A stretch of DNA of 64,000 nucleotides from Eledone cirrhosa (lineage: Eukaryota). Position 1 is the stretch's first letter, and the number at the start of each line of letters is the position of its first letter. Shown in pieces: positions 13,764 to 26,538 of the stretch. The stretch spans positions 182,094,001-182,158,000 of the forward strand of contig OZ024742.1 of the NCBI GenBank assembly GCA_964016885.1. The letters are read 5' to 3'. A model generated the notes under the pieces. It saw only the letters and a list, made by a program, of their open reading frames with translations, was not told the origin of the DNA and did not search any database. The position numbers were made by a program, and so were the translations under genes.

Positions 13764-14720
13764 AACAAGGGGAGAAGAATACTGCATGGTTGTACATGGA
13801 TTACATATTATAAAATTAGTCCCTCATCAGTGATTTGCCAACCATCATTGGTATTTCATCGCATTAAAAATCAGATACCTCAGGTTGGTGCGAGCAATAA
13901 CTAAAATAAGCTATTGGGACAAGTGAAACGCGTAAAGCGAGTGAGACAAGTAAACAACAGAAGGAAAAGCAAACGGAAGGCTGGGAAAATAGCAAACCAC
14001 ATGATAGTTATCCGATCAGCATAAGGTGGGTGAATTTCATGAGCGGTCAGAGAAGCAGACAGTACGCCGTGAATGCGGTGTGAGAAAGAAGGAACCCCAC
14101 TACTAGCGAACGGGAGGAAGTGAGAAGGGGAGAAACAAAGAGTGAGTGAGTGGAAGTGCGAGGAAGAAGTCAGTCGAGTGAAAGTGTTAAATGACAGAGG
14201 GGACGAAAGAAGGTAAGAGAAACAGAGAGAACGGGGGAGCAGTAAGAGAGAAAGAGAGAAACAGATAATCGCAGTTTAGGTATATATATATATATGAAAA
14301 ACAAGGGGAGAAGAATACTGCATGGTTGTACATGGATTACATATTATAAAATTAGTCCCTCATCAGTGATTTGCCAACCATCATTGGTATTTCATCGCAT
14401 TAAAAATCAGATACCTCAGGTTGGTGCGAGCAATAACTAAAATAAGCTATTGGGACAAGTGAAACGCGTAAAGCGAGTGAGACAAGTAAACAACAGAAGG
14501 AAAAGCAAACCGAAGGTTGGGAAAACAGCAAGCCACATGATAGTTATCCGATCAGCATAAGCTGGGTAAATTTCATGAACGGTCAGCGAAGCAGACCGTA
14601 CGCCGTGAATGCGGTGTGAGAAAGAAGGAACCCCACTACTAGCGAACGGGGGGAAGTGAGAAGGGGAGAAACAGAGAGTGAGTGAGTGGAAGTGCGAGGA
14701 AGAGGTCAGTCGAGAGAAAA
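13758..14720. repeat. Near-identical tandem duplication of a ~430-520 bp element separated by (TA)n
   Basis: 13758-14180 is almost identical to 14293-14715. Confidence 0.9.
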
Positions 14721-15539
14721 CATATATATATAAATATATATATATATAGGGCAGGCAACTAGGGTGATTATCCGTCGAGGTTACGTTACAACACCATGAG
14801 GATAAACCGGTTGAAGCGGTCTAAAGGTATTGCACGTGAATAGTGTCCCCACAGAGAAATGTTGGTGATTAAGTGTGACGGAGTTGCCATTTAAGTAATA
14901 TTGTTAAGACTAGGTTACTTTTACAGAATTCTCTTATGCACAATATATATTTCAATGACATGGTTATGCAATGATTATATTATTGACAGTCTACGTACCT
15001 GTGGGATAGACATATAGGTACACAGCTACAGATAGCTGGCAGTATAACTGCTGACCATCTTGTTAATAGTGTTGTGGTAGAGAGCGTGGTAGGAAGGAAG
15101 ATATCAAAATACCATTTCTCTGTCAAAGTTAGCACAGATGACTGTCATATGACTCTTTGTTTGCAACATGACACGTTCTGTACCCTATCTTCGTAGGACT
15201 GCAGTCCAAACTATTTAATTTTAATTTTCTCTTTTTGGTTAAGTTATTGTGCACCGTGATTGTATCACTTTTATGAGTTGAAGCACATTGGTCTGTAGCA
15301 TTTTTTAACACCTTATTTGTGTCATTCGCTGTCCTGTTTTGTTCTGTTACCATCTCGTGTGCACTGTAATAAATAGTCTCAATTTTAAAATCAACGAAAC
15401 TAAGAATTTCCAGAAGTGAACTGAAGAGAAGCATCTGTTGGTTTTTTTTTCCCGTTGTCATTGTCTTTGTCTTGTGCGACCCCTTTTCAGACTCCTTTTC
15501 GATATAGTCTTAGTTACGCGAGTCTGTTTAACTTCCATC

Positions 15540-15615
<76 letters not shown>

Positions 15616-15624
15616 ACACACACA

Positions 15625-15664
<40 letters not shown>

Positions 15665-15688
15665 TACGTACACACACACACACACACA

Positions 15689-15730
<42 letters not shown>

Positions 15731-15838
15731 GGTATTGAAGTTTCCGTTGAAAATTGAAGAAGTCAGAGGAATGAAGAGTGCTCTATGTAAGTTACAGAGC
15801 TAAATATTTAATGTATAATAAACAATACAATATAATTA

Positions 15839-15906
15839 CCTCATTACCAAAGGTTTCCTGAATAAGACGAATACAAGAAACGTCCGCATTCGTACGTCAG
15901 ACAAGG
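15839..15906 (-). ncRNA. Degenerate hammerhead (family of 52363 and 26268)
   Basis: ccttgt-CTGACGT-acgaatgc..gtattcgt..GAAA-CCTTTGG-TA-atgagg; flank gagtgctctatgta.gt.acagagct shared with 52300-52325. Confidence 0.45.
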
Positions 15907-16042
15907 AAATTTCTATATATATATATATATATATATGTAGCATTAGAATATAGGAACAAGGATTCAGTGTTGCATCATAACATATTTAATAACATATTAC
16001 ATATGTTTCACTGTCGATCAGAAATGAGCTTACATATTGAAG

Positions 16043-16132
16043 CATATCTGAGGATCTTTCGATTCCAGAGTCAGGTTCGATCAATAATAGCTCGTTCCTC
16101 GAGCTGATCGACAGGGAAACATATGTAATATG
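16043..16132 (+). ncRNA. Type I hammerhead ribozyme
   Basis: catat-CTGAGGA-tctttcgat...atcgacagg-GAAAC-ATAT-GTA-atatg; lies in an element whose 15938-16022 is an inverted copy of 16103-16186. Confidence 0.8.
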
Positions 16133-16926
16133 TTATTAAATATGTTATGATGCAACACTGAATCTTTGTTCCTTTTTTCTAATACTATTCAAACTCTGCA
16201 CGGCAAGAGCATCGAGTGCTCGCCCAGCATACCACCTACGGACGCAATTAGCTTGCACCTCTACACCTATATATATATATATTTATTTATATATGATTGA
16301 GAGGAAAAAAGAGAGATGTGTGTATATATTCATTATTAATTAGCGATACACATCGCGAGTCAAAATAAAGGTGTATACGAATCCATGTACACTATCTTTA
16401 CATGTAAGAAACATACATTTAATCTCTCTGTGAACATCTAAACTATAGAGAAGTTGCATCTCCATCAGCTACCAGCGTAAGAATGGCTGATGTATTTCAC
16501 TCTTTTTACAGATCATCAACCCTAGCTTAATGCAGAGATATACTATTTAACATCTTTTAGAATTCTATGAGCACGCTATTCAAGGTGAAGGTTTGTTTAT
16601 ATTTAGTGTAACCTTCACAGGCTAGTTTTAAATATAATTTGCATTTTAAGTCTGTTTCAGAGGTTAGATGTGTAAGTGGCTGAGAATTCCACAGAGACGT
16701 GTATCCTTAACGAAATTCTCAAGAAGATTCAGCGTGACACTGTGCATGATAAATTAGCTCTTTGAATTAAAGGTACAATCAATCCGACGGGCTTCCAAAC
16801 AGTTACCTTCTAACTATGTTCAATCACAAAGCGTGAGTTGCTCCGAAGCTCGGGCAAACAACACTTGCCAAATTTGTCACGCGATGTGATCGAACCTGGG
16901 ATTTAATCATCACGCTATATCCATAA

Positions 16927-17126
16927 TAACGGTTTCTTATATAGACACAAGGCAAGCAATTTTGGGGGAGGGAAAATTTGATTAAAGATGTGACTGGTAC
17001 TTTATTTAATCGACCCCGTAAGGATGAAAGGCAAAGTTAACCTCACCGGGATTTGAACTCAGATTATAAATCTATGCTGCAAAGTATGGCGTCCGACCCT
17101 CTACCGATGCTGCCAATCCAACGCCC
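16927..17126 (-). mobile_element. tRNA-derived SINE (main family)
   Basis: Matches 793-1003. Confidence 0.85.
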
Positions 17127-17501
17127 TTTGCTGCATCCATAATAACAAAAAGACGGCAACGAAATCACTTTCAGTGGGCACTGCCTGGATATATCGAGAT
17201 TGAGTTCCATTTCTCAGATATTTCTATCGATAAAACAAACCTAAACGACACAAAAAAATAAACAAACAGAAAAAGACGAGACAAAAGAAAAGGAAACAAG
17301 CAATGTGTCTACTCGTTTGGTTTATATTCTTTAGTTGTTGTTGTTTGATGTCTTTCTAATGTAATATCAGTCTGTCATCAAAGGTGATAATGTAGGAATT
17401 ATCAGATTGATGGATTGACTACAGGCAACTTTCTTAGCAATTTGTGAACTGTATTTAATCACATGTATTTACAACGCCCATATGAGAGATACATACATGT
17501 A

Positions 17502-17563
<62 letters not shown>

Positions 17564-17571
17564 ACATACAC

Positions 17572-17612
<41 letters not shown>

Positions 17613-17696
17613 CATGTATCTGTCTCTATCTATCTATATATATATATATATATATGTAGATAGATAGAGATACATGCACACACACACGCACACACG

Positions 17697-17777
<81 letters not shown>

Positions 17778-17812
17778 TACATGTATGTATCTCTCATATA
17801 TATGTATATATT

Positions 17813-17852
<40 letters not shown>

Positions 17853-17894
17853 TATTTATATATATACATATATATATAGATATAGATATATACA

Positions 17895-18640
17895 TATAAG
17901 TATGTATACGTACATACATATATGTATACAGACGTACAGTAGTATGTATATATATACATACATGCACACATATATATATGTACGTATGGGTTTACCGAGC
18001 ATTTATTAGAATGCTCGGTTTGTTTGTAAACAAACAAACATCCCGAATTAAGCCGTACAGTATTTAGCAACCATCGTTGCCCTTTTGTTCAATACTGACA
18101 AAGCAACGATGCACTAGTTTCACGCTTATTAGCTATCTATACATACTTATATTTAAGTAACAGCCGTACTAAGAGTGAGAAATGAAATTTCGTTTCATTT
18201 TTCCATTCATCGTTTTCGGTGCGCCCGGCCGATTAACTCACTCGATATGCAAATTAAGCTGCTCAGCCGTTAATATGCATAAGGAAAGTATATACTTTCA
18301 GACGTTCAATCATCTGGCAGGAAGGTATACGGTGCTGACGATAGCTAATAAGCTTGAAACTAGTACATCGTTCCTTTGTCAATGTTGAACAAATGAACAA
18401 CGATGGTTGCTAGACACTGTACGGCTTAATTCAGGATGTTTGTTTGTTTACAAACAAACCGAGCATTATAATAAATGCTCGGTAAACCCATACGTACATA
18501 TATATATATGTGTGTGCATGTATGTATATATATACATACTACTGTACCTCTGTATACATATATGTATGTACGTATGCATACTTATATTTAAGTAACAGCC
18601 GTACTAAGAGTGAGAAATGAAATTTCGTTTCATTTTTCCA
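17895..18640 (+). mobile_element. HHR-bearing ~430 bp unit as a partial tandem plus an inverted 5' copy (retrozyme-like or PLE pLTR)
   Basis: 18140-18205 repeats at 18575-18640; 17895-18135 is the inverse of 18340-18585; homologous to 23707-24364. Confidence 0.8.
18330..18370 (+). ncRNA. Minimal type I hammerhead ribozyme
   Basis: cggtg-CTGACGA-tagct(aata)agctt-GAAAC-TA-GTA-catcg. Confidence 0.85.
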
Positions 18641-18658
18641 TCTATATATATACATATA

Positions 18659-18825
<167 letters not shown>

Positions 18826-18827
18826 AT

Positions 18828-19433
18828 ATTAGTAATAGGTATTTAAGATTATTCAAGGTATAGAGCAAGAGAAGTCAGTAGGGTGAGTTTGGATAGAATT
18901 ATTAAGGTCAGTTACTACAACGGCCTCATACCAGGTATGTACGTTTCGTTAGCCCTGAGGACTAACAATTTCAACCTGTACTGATTAAGATGAACCGGAC
19001 AATGTTAACTCAAAGAGGAAAATGCAGAACAATACGGAACGAGGGAAGAGCCCTAAAACCAAGGGCAGATAATCTGGATAGTCTAGAGAAGACAATTTAA
19101 CCAAAAATACCCGAGCAAGTGCTAAATTAGCTAATAATTATGAGGGTGCTAGAAAGAATCAATAAATTAAGAAAGATATAAATCAATATTAAGGAGGCAA
19201 GTTCTTTAAAATGTACTTAGAAACATGAAAACGTTGCGCGAAGAACTCTGTACGTGTTTTATGTGGTTTATTATTGTTTTGGAGAGTATACAATATCCAC
19301 CAGTTCTCATCATTGGATAATCTAAAGGCCTTGACCCCATTTTTCTGTGGTCGAGATTTTTCTACTATCGTCCAATTTGATGAAAAAAAACCTATGTTCC
19401 TGAATACAGACTTCTCCATCAGATGGAATACAC

Positions 19434-19438
<5 letters not shown>
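18828..19438 (-). mobile_element. Degenerate Neptune-like PLE 3' end
   Basis: WTIVEKSRPQKNGVKAFRLSNDENWWIL...KTRTEFFAQRFH matches the PLE GIY-YIG C-terminus; degenerate HHR at 18932-18978(-); microsatellite-flanked. Confidence 0.65.
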
Positions 19439-19484
<46 letters not shown>

Positions 19485-19488
<4 letters not shown>

Positions 19489-19872
19489 TAATAAAAACAA
19501 TGAAATAAAAACAAAGAACAGGTTTCTTATATTGAACAATTCATCATTTTACGATCGTTTCTGGGATATATATGTGTGTTGGTATGTATATCATGTAAAA
19601 AAATATTACAAATTATCAGAGGAGATATACATACCTTCACCTATACATGCCATCTTCAGAAGATGTCATGTATATGTGAAGGTATGTATAAGGTGAAGGT
19701 ATGTATATCTCCTCTGATAATTTGTAATATTTTTTTACATGATATACATGATCTTTAACATGATATACATACCAACACACATATATATCCCAGAAACGAT
19801 CGTAAAATGATGAATTTTTCAATATAAGGAAACTGTTCTTTGTTTTTATTCCATTGTTTTTATTAATTTATC
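19485..19872. repeat. ~390 bp near-perfect palindrome beside (TA)n, containing an HHR 3' half (GAAAC-GATC-GTA at ~19793-19804)
   Basis: Arms ~19485-19650 and ~19665-19872 are reverse complements with small internal duplications. Confidence 0.85.
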
Positions 19873-20342
19873 TTGACTCTGTTTTTCTATGATTTTTATC
19901 GTTAATTTTTGAATGCATTTTCTTTTTTCATATATTTGGATTACATTGAGTTTTTCATACGGATTATACACTACCGTTTATTTTGGTACATTTATCTACA
20001 TATATATATATATATTTTTTTTTTATTTTAAGAAAAGAGAGGTGTGACACACGAGTTGTGATATATTAGTAAAAAGGAAAAGAAAATGGTGACAAATTTT
20101 TCCCATTATTTTGCTCTAATCTCAGATTAGAGCAAAAATCACGAGCACTCTATCTCAAAATTATTTTTGTAAAGCATAAGAAATGCGCAGCCAGTAAAAA
20201 GGGTAAAACTAAAACTGAATACTAACTAATACTTATTACTAATTTATACTTATTCCTAATTAAAGTATTTTTCACTGGGAAAAATTTGTCAGCATTTTCT
20301 TTTCCTTTTTACTAATATACATATATATATATATATATATAT

Positions 20343-20404
<62 letters not shown>

Positions 20405-20462
20405 ATAAATACGCAAAGATATATATATATATGTATGTATATACGTAAAGATATATATGTAT

Positions 20463-20507
<45 letters not shown>

Positions 20508-20804
20508 CGGTATGTGTGTGAATGTGTGTGTGTTTTTTTCTGGTTTACATACACATACACATGTATAAAACCGACCATTATGCAGTAGGAAGTAGAGAAT
20601 ATAATTAGACAGCTCAGCGCGTTAATTATGTTGTTATAGTTCTTGTTGTGCAGTTGTTACAGTAGATGTTCTGAAACCGGAGTGCATGTGCATAATTAGA
20701 AAACAACTACATTGAAGACAAACACACATACATACACAGGCACGCTCATACATGTACGAACACAAACTATGTTATATATATATGTATGTGTGCATATTTA
20801 TTTT

Positions 20805-22716
<1,912 letters not shown>

Positions 22717-22813
22717 ATAAGTATATACTTGCATTTCGACACGTACATATAAACACACACATACACGCATGTATAAATGTTAATATTCATATTTATATTG
22801 TATATATATATAC

Positions 22814-22870
<57 letters not shown>

Positions 22871-22892
22871 ATATATATACATATATATAAAT

Positions 22893-22930
<38 letters not shown>

Positions 22931-22949
22931 TATATATAGTAATAATAAT

Positions 22950-23040
<91 letters not shown>

Positions 23041-23664
23041 TAGAGAGAGAGATATAGGCACAGGGACATGGCAATACTCGATTTGGTGCCTGCGTCCGGT
23101 TAGCCGACCGGGAGTCTGGGTCTGGGACTCCTAGTTCTTGTTAGGACATTATCTGAGGAGAAAGCAACCGCTGCTGTAAACCTGCAACTTCATCAAATCA
23201 AAATTATTTGATTTGTTCTTTTGGATACTTTTCACTAGTGCAAAGCCTTGCATCACTTGAAAAATATTCCAGCGGAGGCATCACTTGATATAAACGACTT
23301 TTATGTGTGTTGCATGAGCATGGCCTTTTCTTCCTTCTTTCGTTGCTGCATTTGCAGAAAGAACATCTACGTCATTTGAAGCGCTAAAATGTCACGTTCC
23401 TGCCACCATGTATGACTAAAAGGTTAAGGGATGACAATTTTCGAAACTGAGATGCAGCCATTACACAGGGTATAATTGCATGTTCCACAATGTATTGAGA
23501 AACAGGGTCAGCTTTTCGAAAACTTACTTTGATTGTATGTTTTTAACTATTTTGATTTGATGTATTTATAATTTCGTACTGTATATCCAGAATTTTAGTA
23601 AATATTATCATTTGGAAACATACATGTTGGGCTGCCTATTTACTTACGACTCACCTACTATATG

Positions 23665-23706
<42 letters not shown>

Positions 23707-23707
<1 letters not shown>

Positions 23708-24364
23708 CGGTGGTTTAGACACTACGGCTTAATACGGGATGTTTGTTTACAAACACACCGAGCATTATAATAAATATTCGGTGAATCCATACGTGCATAT
23801 ATATATGTGTGCATGTATGTATATATATACATACTACAGTACGTCGGTATACATATATGTATGTACGTGTACATACTTATATTTAAGTAACAGCCGTACT
23901 AAGAGTGGGAAATGAAATATCGTTTCATTTTTTCCGTTTATCGTTTTCGGTGCACCCGGCCGATTAACCCACTCGATATGCAAATTGGGCTACTCAGCCG
24001 TTAATATGCATAAGGTAAGTATATACGTTCAACAATCTGGCAGGAAGGTATACGTTGCTGACGATAGCTAACAAGCTTGAAACTAGTACAGCGTTCCTTT
24101 GTCAGTGTTGAACAAACGAGCAACGGTGGTTGCTAGACACTACGGCTTAATACGGGATGTTTGTTTACAAACACACCGAGCATTATAATAAATATTCGGT
24201 GAATCCATACGTGCATATATATATGTGTGCATGTATGTATATATATATATATACATACTACTGTACGTCGGTATACATATATGTATGTACATGTACATAC
24301 TTATATTTAAGTAACAGCCGTACTAAGAGTGGGAAATGAAATATCGTTTCATTTTTTCCGTTTA
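23707..24364 (+). mobile_element. HHR-bearing ~420 bp unit as a ~1.55-mer direct tandem
   Basis: 23707-23940 repeats at 24124-24364; the HHR lies between the repeats; ends in (TA)n. Confidence 0.85.
24053..24093 (+). ncRNA. Minimal type I hammerhead ribozyme
   Basis: cgttg-CTGACGA-tagct(aaca)agctt-GAAAC-TA-GTA-cagcg. Confidence 0.85.
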
Positions 24365-24396
24365 TATATATATATATATATATATATATTTAAAAG

Positions 24397-24719
24397 ATAT
24401 ATTGGTAAACGGAATAGAAAATGCTGACAAATTGTTCACAGTGAAAAATAGTTTAATTAGGAATAAGTGAGAATTAGTAATATAATTGGTTAGTATTGAG
24501 TTTTGGTTTTTACCGGTTGCGCATTTCTAATGCTTTTCAAAAGATCAGAGCAAACATCACGGACGCTCTATCTCAAAATTATTTTTGAAAAGCATTAGAA
24601 ATGCGCAACCGGTAAAAACCAAAACTCAATACTGACCAATACTATTACTAATTCTCACTTATTCCTAATTAAACTATTTTTCACTGTGAACAATTTGTCA
24701 GCATTTTCTATTCCGTTTA

Positions 24720-24728
<9 letters not shown>
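24397..24728. mobile_element. Inverted-repeat element in (TA)n with a variant minimal HHR (24582-24618)
   Basis: ~140 bp arms 24397-24542 and 24584-24728; ttt-TTGAAAA-gcatt(aga)aatgc-GCAA-CCGG-TA-aaa; related to 20065-20315, 7940-8075 and 33945-34255. Confidence 0.75.
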
Positions 24729-24799
<71 letters not shown>

Positions 24800-25780
24800 G
24801 GTACCTTATGAATTTGACTTTCCGTATTTATTACTGTTGTGAAATATTGTGGCTTCTTTGGGTTGTAACTTCTCTGTTTTTTAGCCTAGGAAAATATATA
24901 TATATGCCTACGTATATAACTACATGCATATATGTATTTATTTTCTTTTATTAATTGAGTTCTTTACACGAGGAATTAATATTGGTTTTGAAATAACTAA
25001 TTAACCCGCGTTTGTTTTATATTTTACTCTTAATAATTCGGCCGGAGAATTATATTCCCATTTGCCCTTTATAGCATAACTTTCTGCATTTACTGCGGTT
25101 ATGAGAAGCGGTTCTTATTCGTGTACAACTTCTGATTTAGCCTAAGAAAATATCTATATGCGTGTGTAATTTATACAAGCATATATTTATTTTTTTATTT
25201 TTTATTTTCAATTGAGTTCTTAAACACGTTGGATTGATAATGTTTTCAAAAAAACTAATTAACCCGCGTGTATATTATTTTTTTTCCTCATTTCGTGGGT
25301 TGTCTCCCCTTCCCGCTTCGTGTCGCTATGATACTTCCTCAGTCAAAAACTGCTGGAATTTCAAATTTGGCGGTCATTCGAGGTGAGAGAGACCAACTTT
25401 ACGGACATGATTTTGACAGCGGTAAGAAATTGTTTTCTTATATCAATGTTTAATGGGCTTCCACTGATGATTTATAAGTGCCCACCTAAATATATTCTTA
25501 CATGAATATATATTAGGCTTCTACATAAACTGGAAACATTCTCCCAAACTTGTAGAAAACTTATAATGAAACAATTGTTTGGAAAGTGAGATATACTTTA
25601 ACTTTAATTATATCTCATAAAATAATACAACTGGTTTTTCCACATTATACATATTGTTAGCACCCCAAACACTTAAATTGGGTCTATATTTTAATATAAC
25701 CTAATGTTTGTTGAGTGAGATGGTTACAAGTCAGAGTTTAGCTTTAAACTATCTCTGTTATTGTATTAAATATGGATTAT
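24800..25780 (+). mobile_element. ~0.9 kb non-coding element in (TA)n; second copy at 53350-54030
   Basis: Colinear similarity with 53420-54030; internal ~200 bp duplication (24860-25030 vs 25120-25290); contains an HHR. Confidence 0.8.
25454..25584 (+). ncRNA. Type I hammerhead with branched stem II and possible pseudoknot
   Basis: ttcca-CTGATGA-tttataagt...acttataat-GAAAC-AATT-GTT-tggaa; upstream tgggc is complementary to gccca after stem II. Confidence 0.8.
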
Positions 25781-25789
25781 ACATATATT

Positions 25790-25863
<74 letters not shown>

Positions 25864-25972
25864 TTTAGCAGGTTTAGCTACCCCTTCCCCCACCAATTTG
25901 CCATCACAGATTTACTACTAACTTGTGATGTGACCAATCCTGGTCATTATCTCTTCGACCATATATGGAATT

Positions 25973-26066
25973 ACCCCTTGATAAGCTCGGCTATTTAAAT
26001 ACCAGAATAAATTTTTATTCAGTACAGAATTAGCCGTCGAAACGGCTTGAGCTCAGCCGTCGGGGT
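25973..26066 (+). ncRNA. Type I hammerhead, U3-A8 core variant (family A, most complete copy)
   Basis: acccc-TTGATAA-g..cggcta...tagccg.c-GAAA-cggct(tgagctc)agccg-TC-ggggt. Confidence 0.8.
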
Positions 26067-26078
26067 CTTACTTGTTCC

Positions 26079-26116
<38 letters not shown>

Positions 26117-26267
26117 AGTTTGTGTATGTGTATGTTTATGTATTATTTGGATGTTTATTTATTAATTTTTTTCCCCTCAATTTTTGCCCCCTTATTTTAT
26201 TTCAGCCTTACAGTTATTTATCCCATACTCTATTTTCAAATCCATATTAATATTTTTCATAAATAAA

Positions 26268-26334
26268 TATTTCTCCTAATGAATGAAGACAGACATAAAT
26301 ATCTGTCTTCACGAAACCATTGGTAAATGAAATA
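26268..26334 (+). ncRNA. Degenerate hammerhead (G5>A)
   Basis: CTAATGA-tgaagacaga/tctgtcttca-GAAA-CCATTGG-TA-aatgaaata; 3' flank matches the 52363 family. Confidence 0.55.
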
Positions 26335-26473
26335 ATTATCTCATGTTGTTTATTACATAACTATATATATATATATATTGTAATACAAACTACTTGGTAT
26401 AAAAATTTAAAGGTTTAGAGCACTCAGTCGGAAAGAAGAGTTATATATAATCAGTTACAACAATGACATATAC

Positions 26474-26513
26474 AGGTACTTAAGTTTCATTGTTTATTCC
26501 AGGTCATCAACCT
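26474..26513 (-). ncRNA. Degenerate minimal hammerhead
   Basis: agg-TTGATGA-weak stem II-GAAA-CTTAAG-TA-cct. Confidence 0.45.
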
Positions 26514-26538
26514 CCCATACTAACAATGGAATACAGAC

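Noticed and set aside
15129-15461. Minus ORF with LDCSPTKIGYRT, faintly like C..C...YIG.T of GIY-YIG
   Set aside because: Too degenerate to call by eye; a tBLASTn or HMM search is needed.
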